A stretch of DNA of 64,000 nt from positions 1,116,001 through 1,180,000 of the forward strand of contig NC_043022.1 of the NCBI RefSeq assembly GCF_006345805.1, read 5' to 3'. Position 1 is the first letter of the stretch. Every line of letters starts with the position of its first letter. The notes under the pieces were generated by a model, which ran no database searches, had not been told where the DNA came from, and was given only the letters and a program-made list of their open reading frames with translations. This DNA is from Octopus sinensis. Its lineage: Eukaryota. Below are positions 23,197-35,801 of this stretch, in pieces. A program made the position numbers and the translations under genes.

Positions 23197-23274
23197 GCGG
23201 CTGAAGAAGGCCACAGACATACATTATGCATTGTTATAAATCTGTCTAATAAAGGCCCGAAACATATGTACCGC
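23197..23274 (+). ncRNA. Type I hammerhead ribozyme candidate
   Basis: gcgg-CTGAAGA-a-ggcc...ggcc-c-GAAAC-atat-GTA-ccgc. Helix I is 4 GC bp, and helix III carries the palindrome ACATATGT. Confidence 0.65.
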
Positions 23275-23539
23275 TGAATCCTTGGCATCATGTTTTTATT
23301 TTGATCAATATATATATATATAAGATTTTTTTTATACTGTTCAAGTGTGCTTAAACATTAAAATAACTATGTTGTAATGTCTATAAACATCAATTAGCAC
23401 TTTCATACGTTTGTAGTAATCATCAGATTTCAAAATGTATTAAATGACAGTTGAGTTGAGTGCTTGACAACTGTAGTAAAATGACTGACTTGTTCCCGTT
23501 TATACCTCTTAGAAGGAGGCTCCGACAAGCTGACGTTTT

Positions 23540-23770
23540 CAAATACGATTTTGACCAATCAGCATGCAGCGTAAACGTCCCGTTTTATCGGGCACAGAAA
23601 TCATTGACTACAGCACACACGTGACCACAAAACCACAAATTTCACAACTTACGAAGTAAATACAGTGATGTCAGTCGGCACACTGTCTCGTGAAAGCCAC
23701 TGTTAGCTCTCGCTGCGCACACAACCGTGTGCTGCCATCTGTTGGCGCGCTACAGAACAAGTCCGGAAAC
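23540..23770. promoter_or_regulatory. Putative regulatory island (CCAAT, E-box, Runx-like, CTCF-like motifs)
   Basis: ccaat 23555, cacgtgac 23618, accacaa x2 23624-23638, gctgccatctgttggcgc 23731-23748, in non-repetitive CpG-containing sequence. Motif matches only. Confidence 0.35.
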
Positions 23771-23984
23771 TTTTTGATACCACCCCATATACACATCAGA
23801 CAATACGTGACACAAAAATATTCCCGTTATAGCGCTCACACACACACACACACATACTTGAGAAAGGTAACCACTCATTCATACGAATATACCTTTCTCC
23901 CCACTCACATAATATAGACATATTCAAATTTTTTTCTTAAACTTACATACACACTCATTACTATCGTGTCTTTCCATCTATCTA

Positions 23985-24184
23985 TTTATCTATCTATCTA
24001 TCTATCTATCTATTTATCTATCTATCTGTCTCTCTTTATTTCTATCTATCTATCTATCTTATCATCTCTCTCTATCTATCTATCAATCCATCTCTCTCTC
24101 CCCTATATCTATCTATCCATCTCTCTATCTTATCATCTCTCTCTTTCTCCTCTATATTTATCTCTCTCTCTCTCTCTCCCTCTA

Positions 24185-24237
<53 letters not shown>

Positions 24238-24679
24238 CTACCTACATATCTGTATCTATCTTTCTCTCTGCCTGTCTCTCTGTCTGTCTCTCTGTCTACC
24301 TATCTGTCTGTCTGTTTGTTTATCTACCTCCCTGCGCACCAATCTACCTACCTACCTACCTACCTATGGGTATCCACCAAATACATACGGGTGTGTGTGT
24401 GTGTGTGTGTTGTTTCTAATTAATCTACCCATTTACTGCTGTTAGTGATTAATCCCCCCCCTTCTTTAATCTATTTTTGAAAACACCTTTCAATTCCATC
24501 CCTAAAACCTCGTCTTCACCGCATCTTTTCACGCCTGTTTCATCCAATTTCTTTAAGACGAAGGGAAAGTGGGTGACTTGCTGAATTTCAGTTGGGGTGG
24601 GGGTATGTTTCTACTCCCACCCTCTCTCTCTTTTTCTCTTCCCCTTTCTTTCTGTCATTCTCTCTCTCTTTCTCACTCC

Positions 24680-24710
<31 letters not shown>

Positions 24711-25280
24711 ACACTATCCTCTTTCTCCCATTCTCTGCATTTCTAGTTAAGTTTTTTTTGTCAGACTTTTTGGTTTTCTTTCTCTTTTTCATTCCTTATA
24801 TTTTCTACTCTTTCCTTTCTTCTTCTTCCTCTTCCTTTTCACCTTTCTGCCATTTTGCTTCCTTTATTCCCTCACTCTATCTCTACCTTCTTTCTTTCTG
24901 TCCTTTTATCCATCTTCAGCTCTATATCTCTCTCACTCTTACTATGCCCTCTCTCTCTCTGTCTCACTCTACTCTCTCTCTTTCTATGCCCTCTCTCTCT
25001 CTCTTTCTATGACCTCTCTGTCTCTTTTATGCCCTCTTTCACTCTCTCTGTCTCACTCTCTCTTTCTCTCTACTCTTTGTACTGTCTGTCTGTCTCTCTC
25101 TCTCCTCGTCTGCCTCTAACATTTAACGGTCGTCTGTTTAGCCCCTGTCAGTCAAAATCTTTCATCAAGCCCTCTCTCTCTCCCCCATACTTTCTTTCTC
25201 TCCCACTTCTTCTTCCGCGTTTCGTTACCCTCACCGCCATCGTCTCTCTCTCTCTTCCACCGTCTCCCATCCTCTCTTTC
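23985..25280. repeat. Pyrimidine-rich (CTAT)n/(CT)n low-complexity tracts
   Basis: Direct inspection. Interrupted by unique sequence at about 24400-24620. Confidence 0.9.
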
Positions 25281-25741
25281 TCTAGTCTTCCCAGACACAT
25301 ACATATACATTACACGGGGGCACACATACACACCGACATCAATAACAACCCAATCTTTGCTCATGCCTCCACTTTTGACCACATTACCACCACCACCAAC
25401 GCCACCTCCACCGCCGTCACTTGAACCCTACTCCAATTCACAGCAGCTGTTTCAATTTTCAACACTTTGCTTCACCTCCAAGCTTAAAATTCTTTCCCAT
25501 TTCCACTTATACACATAAACACACACTCACATACCCGTCCACCTACATTTTCATAGTTACTGTTTGGTTATCTCACCCCCATTAGAAAATTGGGTTATCT
25601 CCCCCTGTTTTACGAGAAATATCCGTCCTTTTGGTCTTCTCCCTCAACTAAACGCATTGTTCAACCCTCAATAAAACACAACAGAGAAGTGAAAAATTAA
25701 TAAACATGAAAACGTGAAAAGAGGAAACATCGTTTCGAATA

Positions 25742-26085
25742 TCTTTTACTCTTTTGCTTGTTTCAGTCATTTGACTGTGGCCATGCTGGAGCATCGCCTT
25801 TTAGACGAGCAAATCGAACCCAGAACATATTCTTTGTAAGCCCAGTACTTATTCTATCGGTCTCTTTTGCCGAAGCGATGTTGGGGGGGGGGACAAACAG
25901 ACAGACACACACACATATATACGACAGACTTCTTTCAGTTTCCGTCTACCAAATCCACTCACAAGGCTTTGGTCGGCCCGAGGCTATAGTAGAAGACACT
26001 TGTCCAAGGTGCCACGCAATGGGACTGAACCCGGAACCATGTGGTTGGTAGGCAAGCTACTTACCACAAAGCCACTCCTACGCCT
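25742..26085 (-). mobile_element. SINE-A
   Basis: Reverse complement of the SINE-A pattern with a short internal deletion. Confidence 0.85.
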
Positions 26086-26339
26086 AATCTGCTAACATTT
26101 TTATAACAAATCATACCATTCCTCTTGACGTCAACAATGTGTCGAAGTATTAAATCAAAAGGATTTAACTCTTAATTCAATCTCTTGTCACCACATTGAC
26201 TCGATTATTTTGTGGCAAGGTAATCCAATTTTTTAACGGCAATTTTTTTAGTAGGGGTGAGATAACCAAAAAGTACCTTTTCATACGTGTCTTTGTTTTT
26301 TTGTATCTTTTAATAGACTTGGTCATTGGACTACAGCCA

Positions 26340-26596
26340 TGGAATCTTTTTAACTTGGCTACCAATTTTCGAAAATTCAAATGTTATTGAAAATTTTAGA
26401 ATTTGGTACATTTGTGTAGTTTTCCAAACTGAATCTCAGAAGATATTTCAGTTTATTATTTACATTATTTACATTTGACGGATATTTGTCCTCATCTCGT
26501 TTGTTGTTAACGTTTCGGCTGATTTACCTTCCAGCCTTCATCAGGTGTCTTGGGGAAATTTCGATCCTGGGTTCTCATTCCTGAGGTATTTTTCGA

Positions 26597-26661
<65 letters not shown>

Positions 26662-27485
26662 TAGTTCAACAACAACAGCAACATTGAAAAATACCTTAGG
26701 AATTTCGAACCCAGGTTCGAAATTTCCCCCAAGACACCTGATGAAGGCTGGAGGGTAGTTAAGTGAAGTTAAGTTAATTTTTTGGCTCAAAAAGCAAAAA
26801 GCAAGACCATGTAGGGGGCGGGGGCATGGAGTTATGTACAGGGTGGTGTTCATGCAAAGAGTTCAGGCCATTTGTGGTGAAGAGAGACATCAGCTAAAAC
26901 GTGTTAATAACAAACAAGATTAGGACAAATATCCGTCCAATGTAAATAATTCCTCTTCTCTTAAATATAGAACTATATTTCAGTTTTCCCAGAAATTTTT
27001 TCAAAAAGAGTTATTGAGGTTTGAAGTTTGATCATTTTCACCCAGTCAGGAAACAGGATTTGGAAGTTGTCATTTTGTGCGTGACATGTTTTAATATGAA
27101 ACTGGAAATAAATCAAATTCTGCTTCACGCATGACATATAAACCTCTCATAACTTTTTTTTATTTCTTGGAATTTTCAGAAAAATTTTTGCAAAATTGTA
27201 TTCTATACTTGGGAATTCATACGATTACGCAAAAGAAAAGAAATAGTGTGTGTATGCCTGATTTAAGACCTATTTGGCTGTTATTTTTACCACATCTCCT
27301 AACCAAGGTACAAGCAGCAGATGGGCACAAGCAGCTGAACACTGCGTAGAATATATTTATCAACACGTGGTATCTCGCAGACAAAAGAGTTCTCATGTTT
27401 GGCTTGTTACTATGGAAACAGGCAGGAATGTGCCTGTGGCTTACGATTGGCTAAAATTACCCAAAATTTTCAAACTTTAAAAGTT
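26340..27485 (+). mobile_element. Unclassified interspersed repeat (element X), interrupted by a foldback
   Basis: Homologous to the reverse complement of 39290-40110 (e.g. cccagtcaggaaacaggat, gacctatttggctg, aaaagagttctc). Confidence 0.65.
26455..26974. mobile_element. Foldback (inverted pLTR-like) element with hammerhead core and central (ATT)n
   Basis: Arms 26455-26600 versus 26658-26757 plus 26889-26974. CTGATGA-a-ggctg...cagcc-GAAACGTT on the minus strand at 26509-26548. Apparent 12-bp duplication atatttcagttt. Confidence 0.75.
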
Positions 27486-28054
27486 GCCTATTGATTTATT
27501 GCGAAAATGAATTTCAAAGCAGTGATTAGCATATAAAACCATAACACTGAATACGAAATCAATTTGAGCAGGAACTGAAGAGATTGAAAACTGGCAGCCA
27601 AGCTGAAAAGATCCTGGCCACGCTGGGGCACTGCCATCGACCCCAGTACTAGTTTTTTAAAAAGTCTGATGCATATTCTATCGATACATTTTACCAAACT
27701 GCTAAGTCACGGGAACATTATTAACAAAGCCACACTGGTTGTCAAGTACTTGGTGGGTCACAGAGCCGCAGAAACACAAACATCCACATACACACACAAA
27801 CACAGACAAATATCTACATACACACATCGGGCTTCTTTCAACTTCCGTCAATCAATTCCATTCACAAGCCCGGAGTTATAGTACAAGTCACTTGCCCAAG
27901 GTGCCACACAGTGGAACCGAACCCAGAATCATATAGTTGGAAAGCAAGCTTCTTACCACTCAGCCACGCCTGCACCTATAAGCACACATCAATTACATAT
28001 GCAGCAACATCGTTAGCACGCCAAGCAAAATGCTTAGCAACTTTTGGTCGGTCT

Positions 28055-28400
28055 TTACCGCATGCAGGACAGTTTCACTATCCTGTTCGCATCTTGCACA
28101 AACCGGCGAAGGCGCACACCCATGTCTAAAGAGCTGATCTCGAACCGGTAAAGCTCCTCTGTAACAGGCAAGGGACTTTTGGTAATTATCCATAGGCACC
28201 GGACCAAATGTTCTTTGGAATAGGTTGGCCAGTTGATCTTCGTCGAAGCCTAGGGTTTCTACCAGGACGTCGTTACACTTGAATTCTACTAACCCTTTAT
28301 AGAAGAACGGGGTAGTTCCCCCGCCACCGGCGTTGCCCGACTGGGAGAGAAACACGAGTGTCTGGAATCAGTCAACATCCAAAAAATCCATACAATTTCG
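28055..28400 (-). pseudogene. Tx1-clade LINE ORF2 C-terminal fragment (second subfamily)
   Basis: FYKGLVE ... LFQRTFGPVPMDNYQKSL ... LPVRDQLFRHG ... CARCEQDSETVLHA aligns to the 63230-63500 translation. Confidence 0.85.
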
Positions 28401-28404
28401 CAGA

Positions 28405-28438
28405 CAGACAGATAGATTAATAGATAGACTGATAGATT

Positions 28439-28473
<35 letters not shown>

Positions 28474-28621
28474 GGATGGATGGATGGATGGATGGATGGA
28501 TGGATGGATGGATGGATGGATAGATAGATAGATAGATAGATAGAGATAGATGGATAGATAGACAGACAGACGGACGGACGGACGGACAGATAGATAGATA
28601 GATAGATAGATTGATTGATTG

Positions 28622-28684
<63 letters not shown>

Positions 28685-28685
28685 A
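28405..28685. repeat. (GATA)n/(GGAT)n microsatellite
   Basis: Direct inspection. Confidence 0.95.
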
Positions 28686-29099
28686 TGATAAACATACATA
28701 AATACATACATGCATGTATGCATACATACAATAGTCTATCAACAAAAATTCAAAAGAAAAAAGACTTCTACAACAAAAATGTAAAGTTTTTCTATTAAAC
28801 AAAAGCTTTAAAGATCCTGTCGTATTGCGGCACCGTTCTGTAGTTGTTGTGGTCTGGTATTTCTTGGAGAATTGTTGGTCTTAGAGGGCACACAACGGTC
28901 ACGATCCTCCCGCCCTCCCGTCACCCACCTTCTATGACTAATTAAATGGAGAAAAGTATCGTGCGCGTGTATATATATACGGTGTGTGTGAAGCTACAGT
29001 ATATATATGAATGTAAAAAAAAAACGGGAATAATATAAGGAAAGGAAATTCCATGCTGAGGACGAACGGAGTCTGACAATATCCATCTCCACTGCCAAA

Positions 29100-29198
29100 A
29101 ATGTATGTGTGTGTGCGTGTGTATATGTGAGTGTATATGTGAGTGGATGTGCGTGTGTGTGTGAGGATGTGTTTATGTATGTGTGTGCGTACGTGTGG

Positions 29199-29233
<35 letters not shown>

Positions 29234-29275
29234 CGCACAGGCACAAACACACGCACACACACACACCACACACAC

Positions 29276-29308
<33 letters not shown>

Positions 29309-30580
29309 GATATGAAGGAAGTATGTGCGTGTATGCGTGCGAGCGAGTAGCATGTACACTCACACACATACGCGCACACACTCACACAAACACTCTCACA
29401 CACACACGCACACACATTGAACCTCTCGCTCACACACACACACACGTGCGCAAACATACTCACAGATGGTAGATAACAAATGATCAGGTTTGTGACGAAA
29501 AGAAAAGAGAAAGAAAGGACAGCAGGGTGAGGAGGGGGAGGGGAGGGAGAGAGAAGACCGAAAGCGAAAGTAATTAAAGGAAAAGGAAAAAGAAAGAAAG
29601 AAGAACGAGAATGAGTAGAGATAGAAAGGAAGAGGAAAACAATGAATGGATGATAATGAGGGAAGGGGGGATACGTGTAGGTAGGAGGGAAGATCGGGAG
29701 TGGTGGTGGTGGTGGTAGTTGTGGCGGTAGGTATAGAGGTAGTGGTGGTAGTTGTGGTAGTGGTGGTGGTGGCAGTTGTGGTCACGGTGGTAGTGGTAGT
29801 GATGGTGATGGTGGTAGTTGTGGTGGTGGTGGTGAGGTAGTGGTGGTGGTTGTGGTGGAAGTGATGGTGGTAGTTGTGGTGGTGGTGGTAGTGGTGGCGA
29901 AGGTGGTGGTGGTGGTGGTGGTGGTGAGGGTAGTGGTGGTGGTGGTGGCTGTGTTGGTGGAGGTGACAGTATTGTTGTTGTTGTTGGTGTTGTTGTTAGA
30001 GATTGTTTGAAATTCCTTTTGGAGGCCAGGAAAGAATAAATTTAAAAAAAGACATCCTTCAATTTTCGGGAGAAAAAGAACCGTCTCGCATTCGGCTTCT
30101 CCATCCCCAGCAACTCGTTATTGTCGGATCTTGTTGATGTTGTGGTTGATGTTGATGATGTTGTTGTTGTTGATGGTGGTGGTGGTGGTGTTGGTGTTGA
30201 TGTAGTTATTTTTGTAATGTTGCTGTTGTTGTTGTTGTTGTTGTTAAGTGGAATTGGTGGCGCTGCAGGTGGCTTGTTGTTTTTAATCATCACTATCAGC
30301 ATCGTTAGCAGCAGCAGCAACATCATCATCACCATCACCACCACGACCACCACCATCTACTTCGTTATCACCACTACCATCAAAACTGCCACCACGACCA
30401 CCACCATCACCTCCACCACCACCACCACCACCATCATCCTCATCATCATCACCATCATATTTCTGTTCTTTGTCTCGTCTTTTTGTCGTACTTCTAAATT
30501 TTCTTTCTCCACCCCGCCCCTTTCACCAGATTTTACAACAATAACAACTACTACTACTACAACTACTACTACTACTCCTT
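29100..30580. repeat. Compound (GT)n, (CA)n, (GGT)n, (GTT)n, (ACC)n low-complexity block
   Basis: Direct inspection. Confidence 0.9.
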
Positions 30581-31491
30581 GCTAAAACAAACTTCCGTCA
30601 CCCTACAACTGTTTTTCTTTTCTTTTTTTTTGTATAAAAAGAGGAAAATAATTCTTTTAGACTTTCTGCTGTTGATGTTATTGGCGTCTGGCGGAATCGT
30701 TAGCACGTCGGACAAAAGTGCTCAGCGGTATTTTCGTTTTTGTCTCTTACGTTCTGAGTTCAAATTCCGCCGAGGTTCACTTTGCCTTTCATCATTTCGA
30801 GGTCGATAAAATAAGTACTGGGGTCGATGTAATCGACTTAGAAAAGATACTGAGAGTTGCTGTTGTTGTTAGAGTTGGTGGTTGTGGTGGTAGTTGGAGT
30901 TGTTATGCTCGTACGTACATGTAACCTCTCTCTCCTCACTCGGCCTTTTATTCTGTGTGTGTTTGCCTCCAGGGCGAAAACGCTGTGTCGCCAGTACAAG
31001 CTGGCTGTCTAACCAGCCATGCCAAACCGTCAGCATCCAGACAGCTGCGCCCTATTGTCTCATTCAATTCCTTGTCTCCGTTGTAACTGAGGACCCACAC
31101 ATCGCACTCTTACACAACTCTGAAATAGTATGACGATCAACTGTTGCAGTCTAGACATGTTAAACACACACACACACACACTCTTTCTCTCTCTCTCTCC
31201 ACTTGTCCAGGCAGTTCGAATCACGTATATCTATAGATTCTGGTAGAGGTCTCAGCAGAGACGGAGTCAAGTAGACTTGCTCAGAAAACAACAATTGCTG
31301 TTCTTCTGCAACTTATTGTTGGCGATGTGCAGAGCCGGCTCAAAATACCGGCAATTCGGGTAGTCGCCCGGGACGCCAAGGAGAGCGTGACAAAGGTCAA
31401 AGAAATTTCCACGACCGGCCCTGGTGATGTGTATCCTTGTACAAGTCCCTGGAGCAAGATACGTTTTACATGCGAAGAGCTTTAAATAATC

Positions 31492-31700
31492 CTTTCCTTT
31501 CTACTAAAGGCACAAGGCGTGAAATTTTGGAAGAGGGGACTAGTCGATTACATCGATTCCAGTATTTCACTGGTACTTAATTTATCGACCCCGAAAGGAT
31601 GAAAGGCAAAGTCGACCTCGGCGGAATATGAACGTAAAGACTCACAAAATGCCGCGAAGCATTCTGACCGGCGCACTAACGATTCTGCCAGCTCACCGCC
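31492..31700 (-). mobile_element. SINE-B2
   Basis: Inverted copy with B2 tail. The head abuts (AAT)n. Confidence 0.85.
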
Positions 31701-31701
31701 T

Positions 31702-31745
<44 letters not shown>

Positions 31746-31747
<2 letters not shown>

Positions 31748-32941
31748 GTACCAGGCAGTGGCTCTCATGGCTTCTGATCTTAACTGATTGGAAGTGTTAT
31801 CATGTACATTGTTTTGTCTTGGTATAAAAGATGGGCAACAGCAAATATTCTGCTCAATACCATAGATTTGCTTGTCAGTTGTTTGACCGTAACCAGTTGA
31901 GCATGTCCCTCAGTGGCTGACGATATGTGCATCTCTGATCACGAGCAGAAGTAGTGGGGGAGCATCATAGCTATGTGTTCAGAGGAATTCTTTGGGGTTT
32001 GAATAATTCACCTCTGGAAACATGGGTGTTTCGTTCAACGTCCTTAAACAACCCTTATTCAGGGACCTTTTGAGCGGGATGGGTTACTCGATCTGAAGAA
32101 AATTCTAACTGGGCTCCACCTGCAAGGTCATGTGCTGTTTATCTTGATATGAGATCACCATGTCGCGCACATATGGTTGTGATGCATGTGCCTGGTGTAC
32201 CCTTATCAGACGGGTAGTCATGATGGGTATACTGGGCTTCGTATATTTTACCCCAGTGTCACTTTGATGGCATGCTCTGCTCGCTCACTCAATAATAATA
32301 ATAATAATAATAATAATATACCCCAATGCAGCAAGATTCCCTGATGCAGCACCAGGCAGTGGCGCTCATGGCTTCTGATCTTAACTGATTGGAAGTCTTA
32401 TCAATGTTCTGATGCAGTACCAGGCAGTGGCTTTCGTGGCTTCTCATCTTAACTGATTGGAAGTGTTATCATGTACATTGTTTTGTCTTGGTATAAAAGA
32501 TGGGCTACAGCAAATATTCTGCTCAAGACCATAGATTTGCTTGTCAGTTGTTTGACCATAACCAGTTGAGCATGGCCCTTAGTGGTTAATGATATGTGTA
32601 TCTCTGATCACAAGCAGATGTTGTGGGAGTGCATCATAGCCATATGTTGAGAGGGATTCTTTGGGGTTTGGATAATTCACCTCTGGAAACATAGGTGTTT
32701 TGTTCAACATCCTTAAACAACCTTTATTCAGGGACCTTTTGAGTGCGACGGAAATACTAACTGGGCCCCACCTGCAAGGTGATGCGCTGTTTATCTTGAT
32801 ATGAGATCACCATGGTGCATACATATGGTTGTGTACACGTGCCTTGTGTACCCTTATCAGACAGGTAGACATGATGGGTATACTGGACTTCGTATATTTT
32901 ACCCCAGTGTCACTTTGATGGCATGAACTGCTCTCTCACTC
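31746..32941 (+). mobile_element. Two tandem copies of the (AAT)n-embedded element
   Basis: About 545-bp units 31746-32290 and about 32410-32941 (plus a short duplicated 5' piece), each followed by (AAT)n. Confidence 0.85.
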
Positions 32942-32974
<33 letters not shown>

Positions 32975-32984
32975 TATAATAATT

Positions 32985-33352
32985 TCAGATTTTGGCACAA
33001 GTCGGCAGTTTCGGGAAAAGAGCATCGACTCCAGTATATTCTTGGTACTTATTTTAGCGATCTCGAAAGGGTGAGAGGCAAAGTCAACCTCTGCGCAATT
33101 AGGGCCCAGAACATAAAGACGGACAATATTCTTAGCAGCATTTTATCCGGCGCGCTAACCATTCTACAAGCACAACGCCTTAATAATCCTTTCTGCTGGA
33201 GGCACAGGGCCTGAAATTTGGTGGGAGAGGACTAATCGATTACATCGATCTCAGTGTTCCACTGGTACTTAATCTATCGACCTCGGAAGGATGAAAGGCA
33301 AAATCGACCTCGGCGGAATTTGAACCCAGAACGTAACGACGGGCGAAATGCC
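32985..33352 (-). mobile_element. Two adjacent SINE-B copies (B3 and B2 tails)
   Basis: Inverted SINE-B bodies at 32985-33185 and 33186-33352. Confidence 0.75.
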
Positions 33353-33589
33353 GGTTCCAGCTCCAGGAAAGCCCGATTGAACTAACAAACCTAAGACCAA
33401 AACCGTTTCAGCCATGACCATTCCGTTGACCATTGTATCCTTTCTTTGGCGTCATCATAACATGCGATCTCAGCGAAATTATCCGGTATTTCTAGCAGAT
33501 CTGGAGCTCACGTAAAAGGCTTCCTTGTAGACTCAGGTGAGGCCGCCTTTGGCAGTGGTGGCTTTTTTTTTTCTTTTTCCGAGTTAAAA

Positions 33590-33990
33590 TTGATGATGCT
33601 ATTCGCAATGGTGGTATTGGTGGTATTCTGGAGAGTGGGGATGGGTGGGGGTGATTTTTGCACAGTTAAAATTGATGGTGTTATTTGCAGTGGTGGTCGT
33701 GGCGGCGGCGGCGGCAGCAGAGGTGATGTTGGTGATATTAGTATTTGTGAGTGGTTGTGGTGGTGGTGGTGGCGGTGGTGGGGGGGTAATGGTGGTGATG
33801 ATGATGGAGGTTGTAGTCGTAGTTGTGATGGTGGCGGTGGTTGTGGTGGTGGGGTTATTTACGGTGGGAGTAATGGTGGTGGTGATGATGGATTTTGGTG
33901 GTGGTGGTAGTGGTGGTGACGGCGTCGGCTGTAGCGGCGGAGGTGGTGTTGGTACTTTTTGGTATTTGCGGCAATGGTAGCGGCGGCGGC
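33590..33990. repeat. (GGT)n-rich low complexity
   Basis: Direct inspection. Confidence 0.9.
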
Positions 33991-34688
33991 GGCGGCGAGT
34001 CCCACGTTCTCTCGAAGACGAGAGAATCTGCCAGAAATCTTCTTCCTCTTCTTCTCTTCCACTTCTGTTTTATATAATTTCGGCTGATGCCTCCTGGCAG
34101 CCAAGTGGAAGAAGAAGAAGAGAAACAGAACGAAAATGAAATCCTTCTTGACGTAAGAAAATGCTGTGAAAAACAAGAGCAAAATCTATACACATGTATG
34201 TATGTATATATAAATATATATATATATATATACATACACACACACATATATGTACTTATAAAATCTACGTTGGTTGTAAAAAAAATTAAATTAAATATAA
34301 AACAAATAAATATAATTAAAAAAAAACACACGAGGAATACAAAAGAAAGAAGAGAAACGAACAGAAGAGGATTGCCGAATATGGCAACTCTTTCACTCTG
34401 GAGAGAATGTGATGGAATTATTCGAATAATGTTTTGCGATTAATCATCAATAGAATGACGAGTTAACGAGGGATGGTTTGCCATCTTAGTCGTCTGCTAT
34501 AATTCCATTCCCATCTTGGATGTTTTGCACTTTAGTCGCAGACACTCCATTATAATTCCATTCCTATCCTGAATGTTTCCTGGGTTAGACTTCATCTTCT
34601 ATTTTAATTCCTTTCACATCTAGAAAGCTTCGTATCTTCCTTCTGTTTCTTCTTTTATGATTCCATTTCCATCTACGGTGTCATATTT

Positions 34689-34783
<95 letters not shown>

Positions 34784-34799
34784 TATAAAGTTAATCTAG

Positions 34800-34977
34800 A
34801 CAAGAAAGCACAAAAAAAAAGCACAACAACGCGAGGACGTGGAACAAATATAGTATTATTGGACGCTCAGGAAAGAAGGAAAGAAGGAGGGTTTAATGTT
34901 TCGAGCGGAGCTCTACGTCGGAAACATAGAAGGAAAGATCCAGAGAAGGGAAGACAGAGGAAAAAAATCGCCAACGG

Positions 34978-34980
<3 letters not shown>
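34800..34980 (-). mobile_element. pLTR-like repeat with decayed minimal hammerhead
   Basis: Close copy of 9876-10062, with core mutated to CCGACGT. Flanked by (TA)n. Confidence 0.65.
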
Positions 34981-35042
<62 letters not shown>

Positions 35043-35569
35043 CTCAGGTCATCTAGAGTATTCTATTAAAGTAAGGTGAATAAAAAAAATGGAAAAGTAG
35101 AAGTAATCAATGTCTTACAGATGTTTCTTGGGTTAACATCTCCATACACTGAGTATTCCTTCACCAGAGACAAGGTGTGTATGTAGGAAAGTTCCAGACA
35201 GAGAATTCACAGTGTATAAAAGAATAAAACAATGGATAGGAGAATAAAGACAGGTCAATAAAGTTCACGGCTCATCTCGTTCCAGAGAGGAACCTCAAAG
35301 CCATTCGAGGTTTAAAATAATCATATTGTATTTTTGTGATTGAATTCTTGTTATTCTTTTGCTGGTTTCAGTCGTTTGACTACGGCCATGCTGGAGTACC
35401 GCATTGAAGCAATTTTAGTCGAATGAATCGACCCCGGGACTTAGTTTTTAAATCCTAGTATCTGTTCTCTTGGACTCTGTAACCAAACCGCTAAGTTACG
35501 ATTGTCAAGCGGTGATGGGGGAACAAACACACACACACACACACACACACCAAATCCACTCGTTAGCGA

Positions 35570-35745
35570 TTTTCTTCCTTCGTCTTCCCTTCCTTTGGAA
35601 TTTTTTCTATTTCTGAAGAAGAGCAAAGCTAGAAACGTTAAATCCCCTTCCCTTCCTGTCCTGAGTGTCTGATAATACAATACTTGTACCACGTCCTCAC
35701 GTTATTGTTTTTTTTTCTTGTTTGTTTTTCTTTGTTTGGATTCAC
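35570..35745 (+). mobile_element. pLTR-like repeat with minimal hammerhead
   Basis: attt-CTGAAGA-a-gagc-aaa-gcta-GAAACGTT-aaat (35609-35643). Related to 9876-10062. Confidence 0.65.
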
Positions 35746-35756
35746 TATATATATAT

Positions 35757-35798
<42 letters not shown>

Positions 35799-35801
35799 AT
35801 A

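Noticed and set aside
30950-31460. GC-rich unique stretch with a polypyrimidine-AG at about 31210 as a possible exon
   Set aside because: All frames close within a short distance and no recognisable peptide was found.
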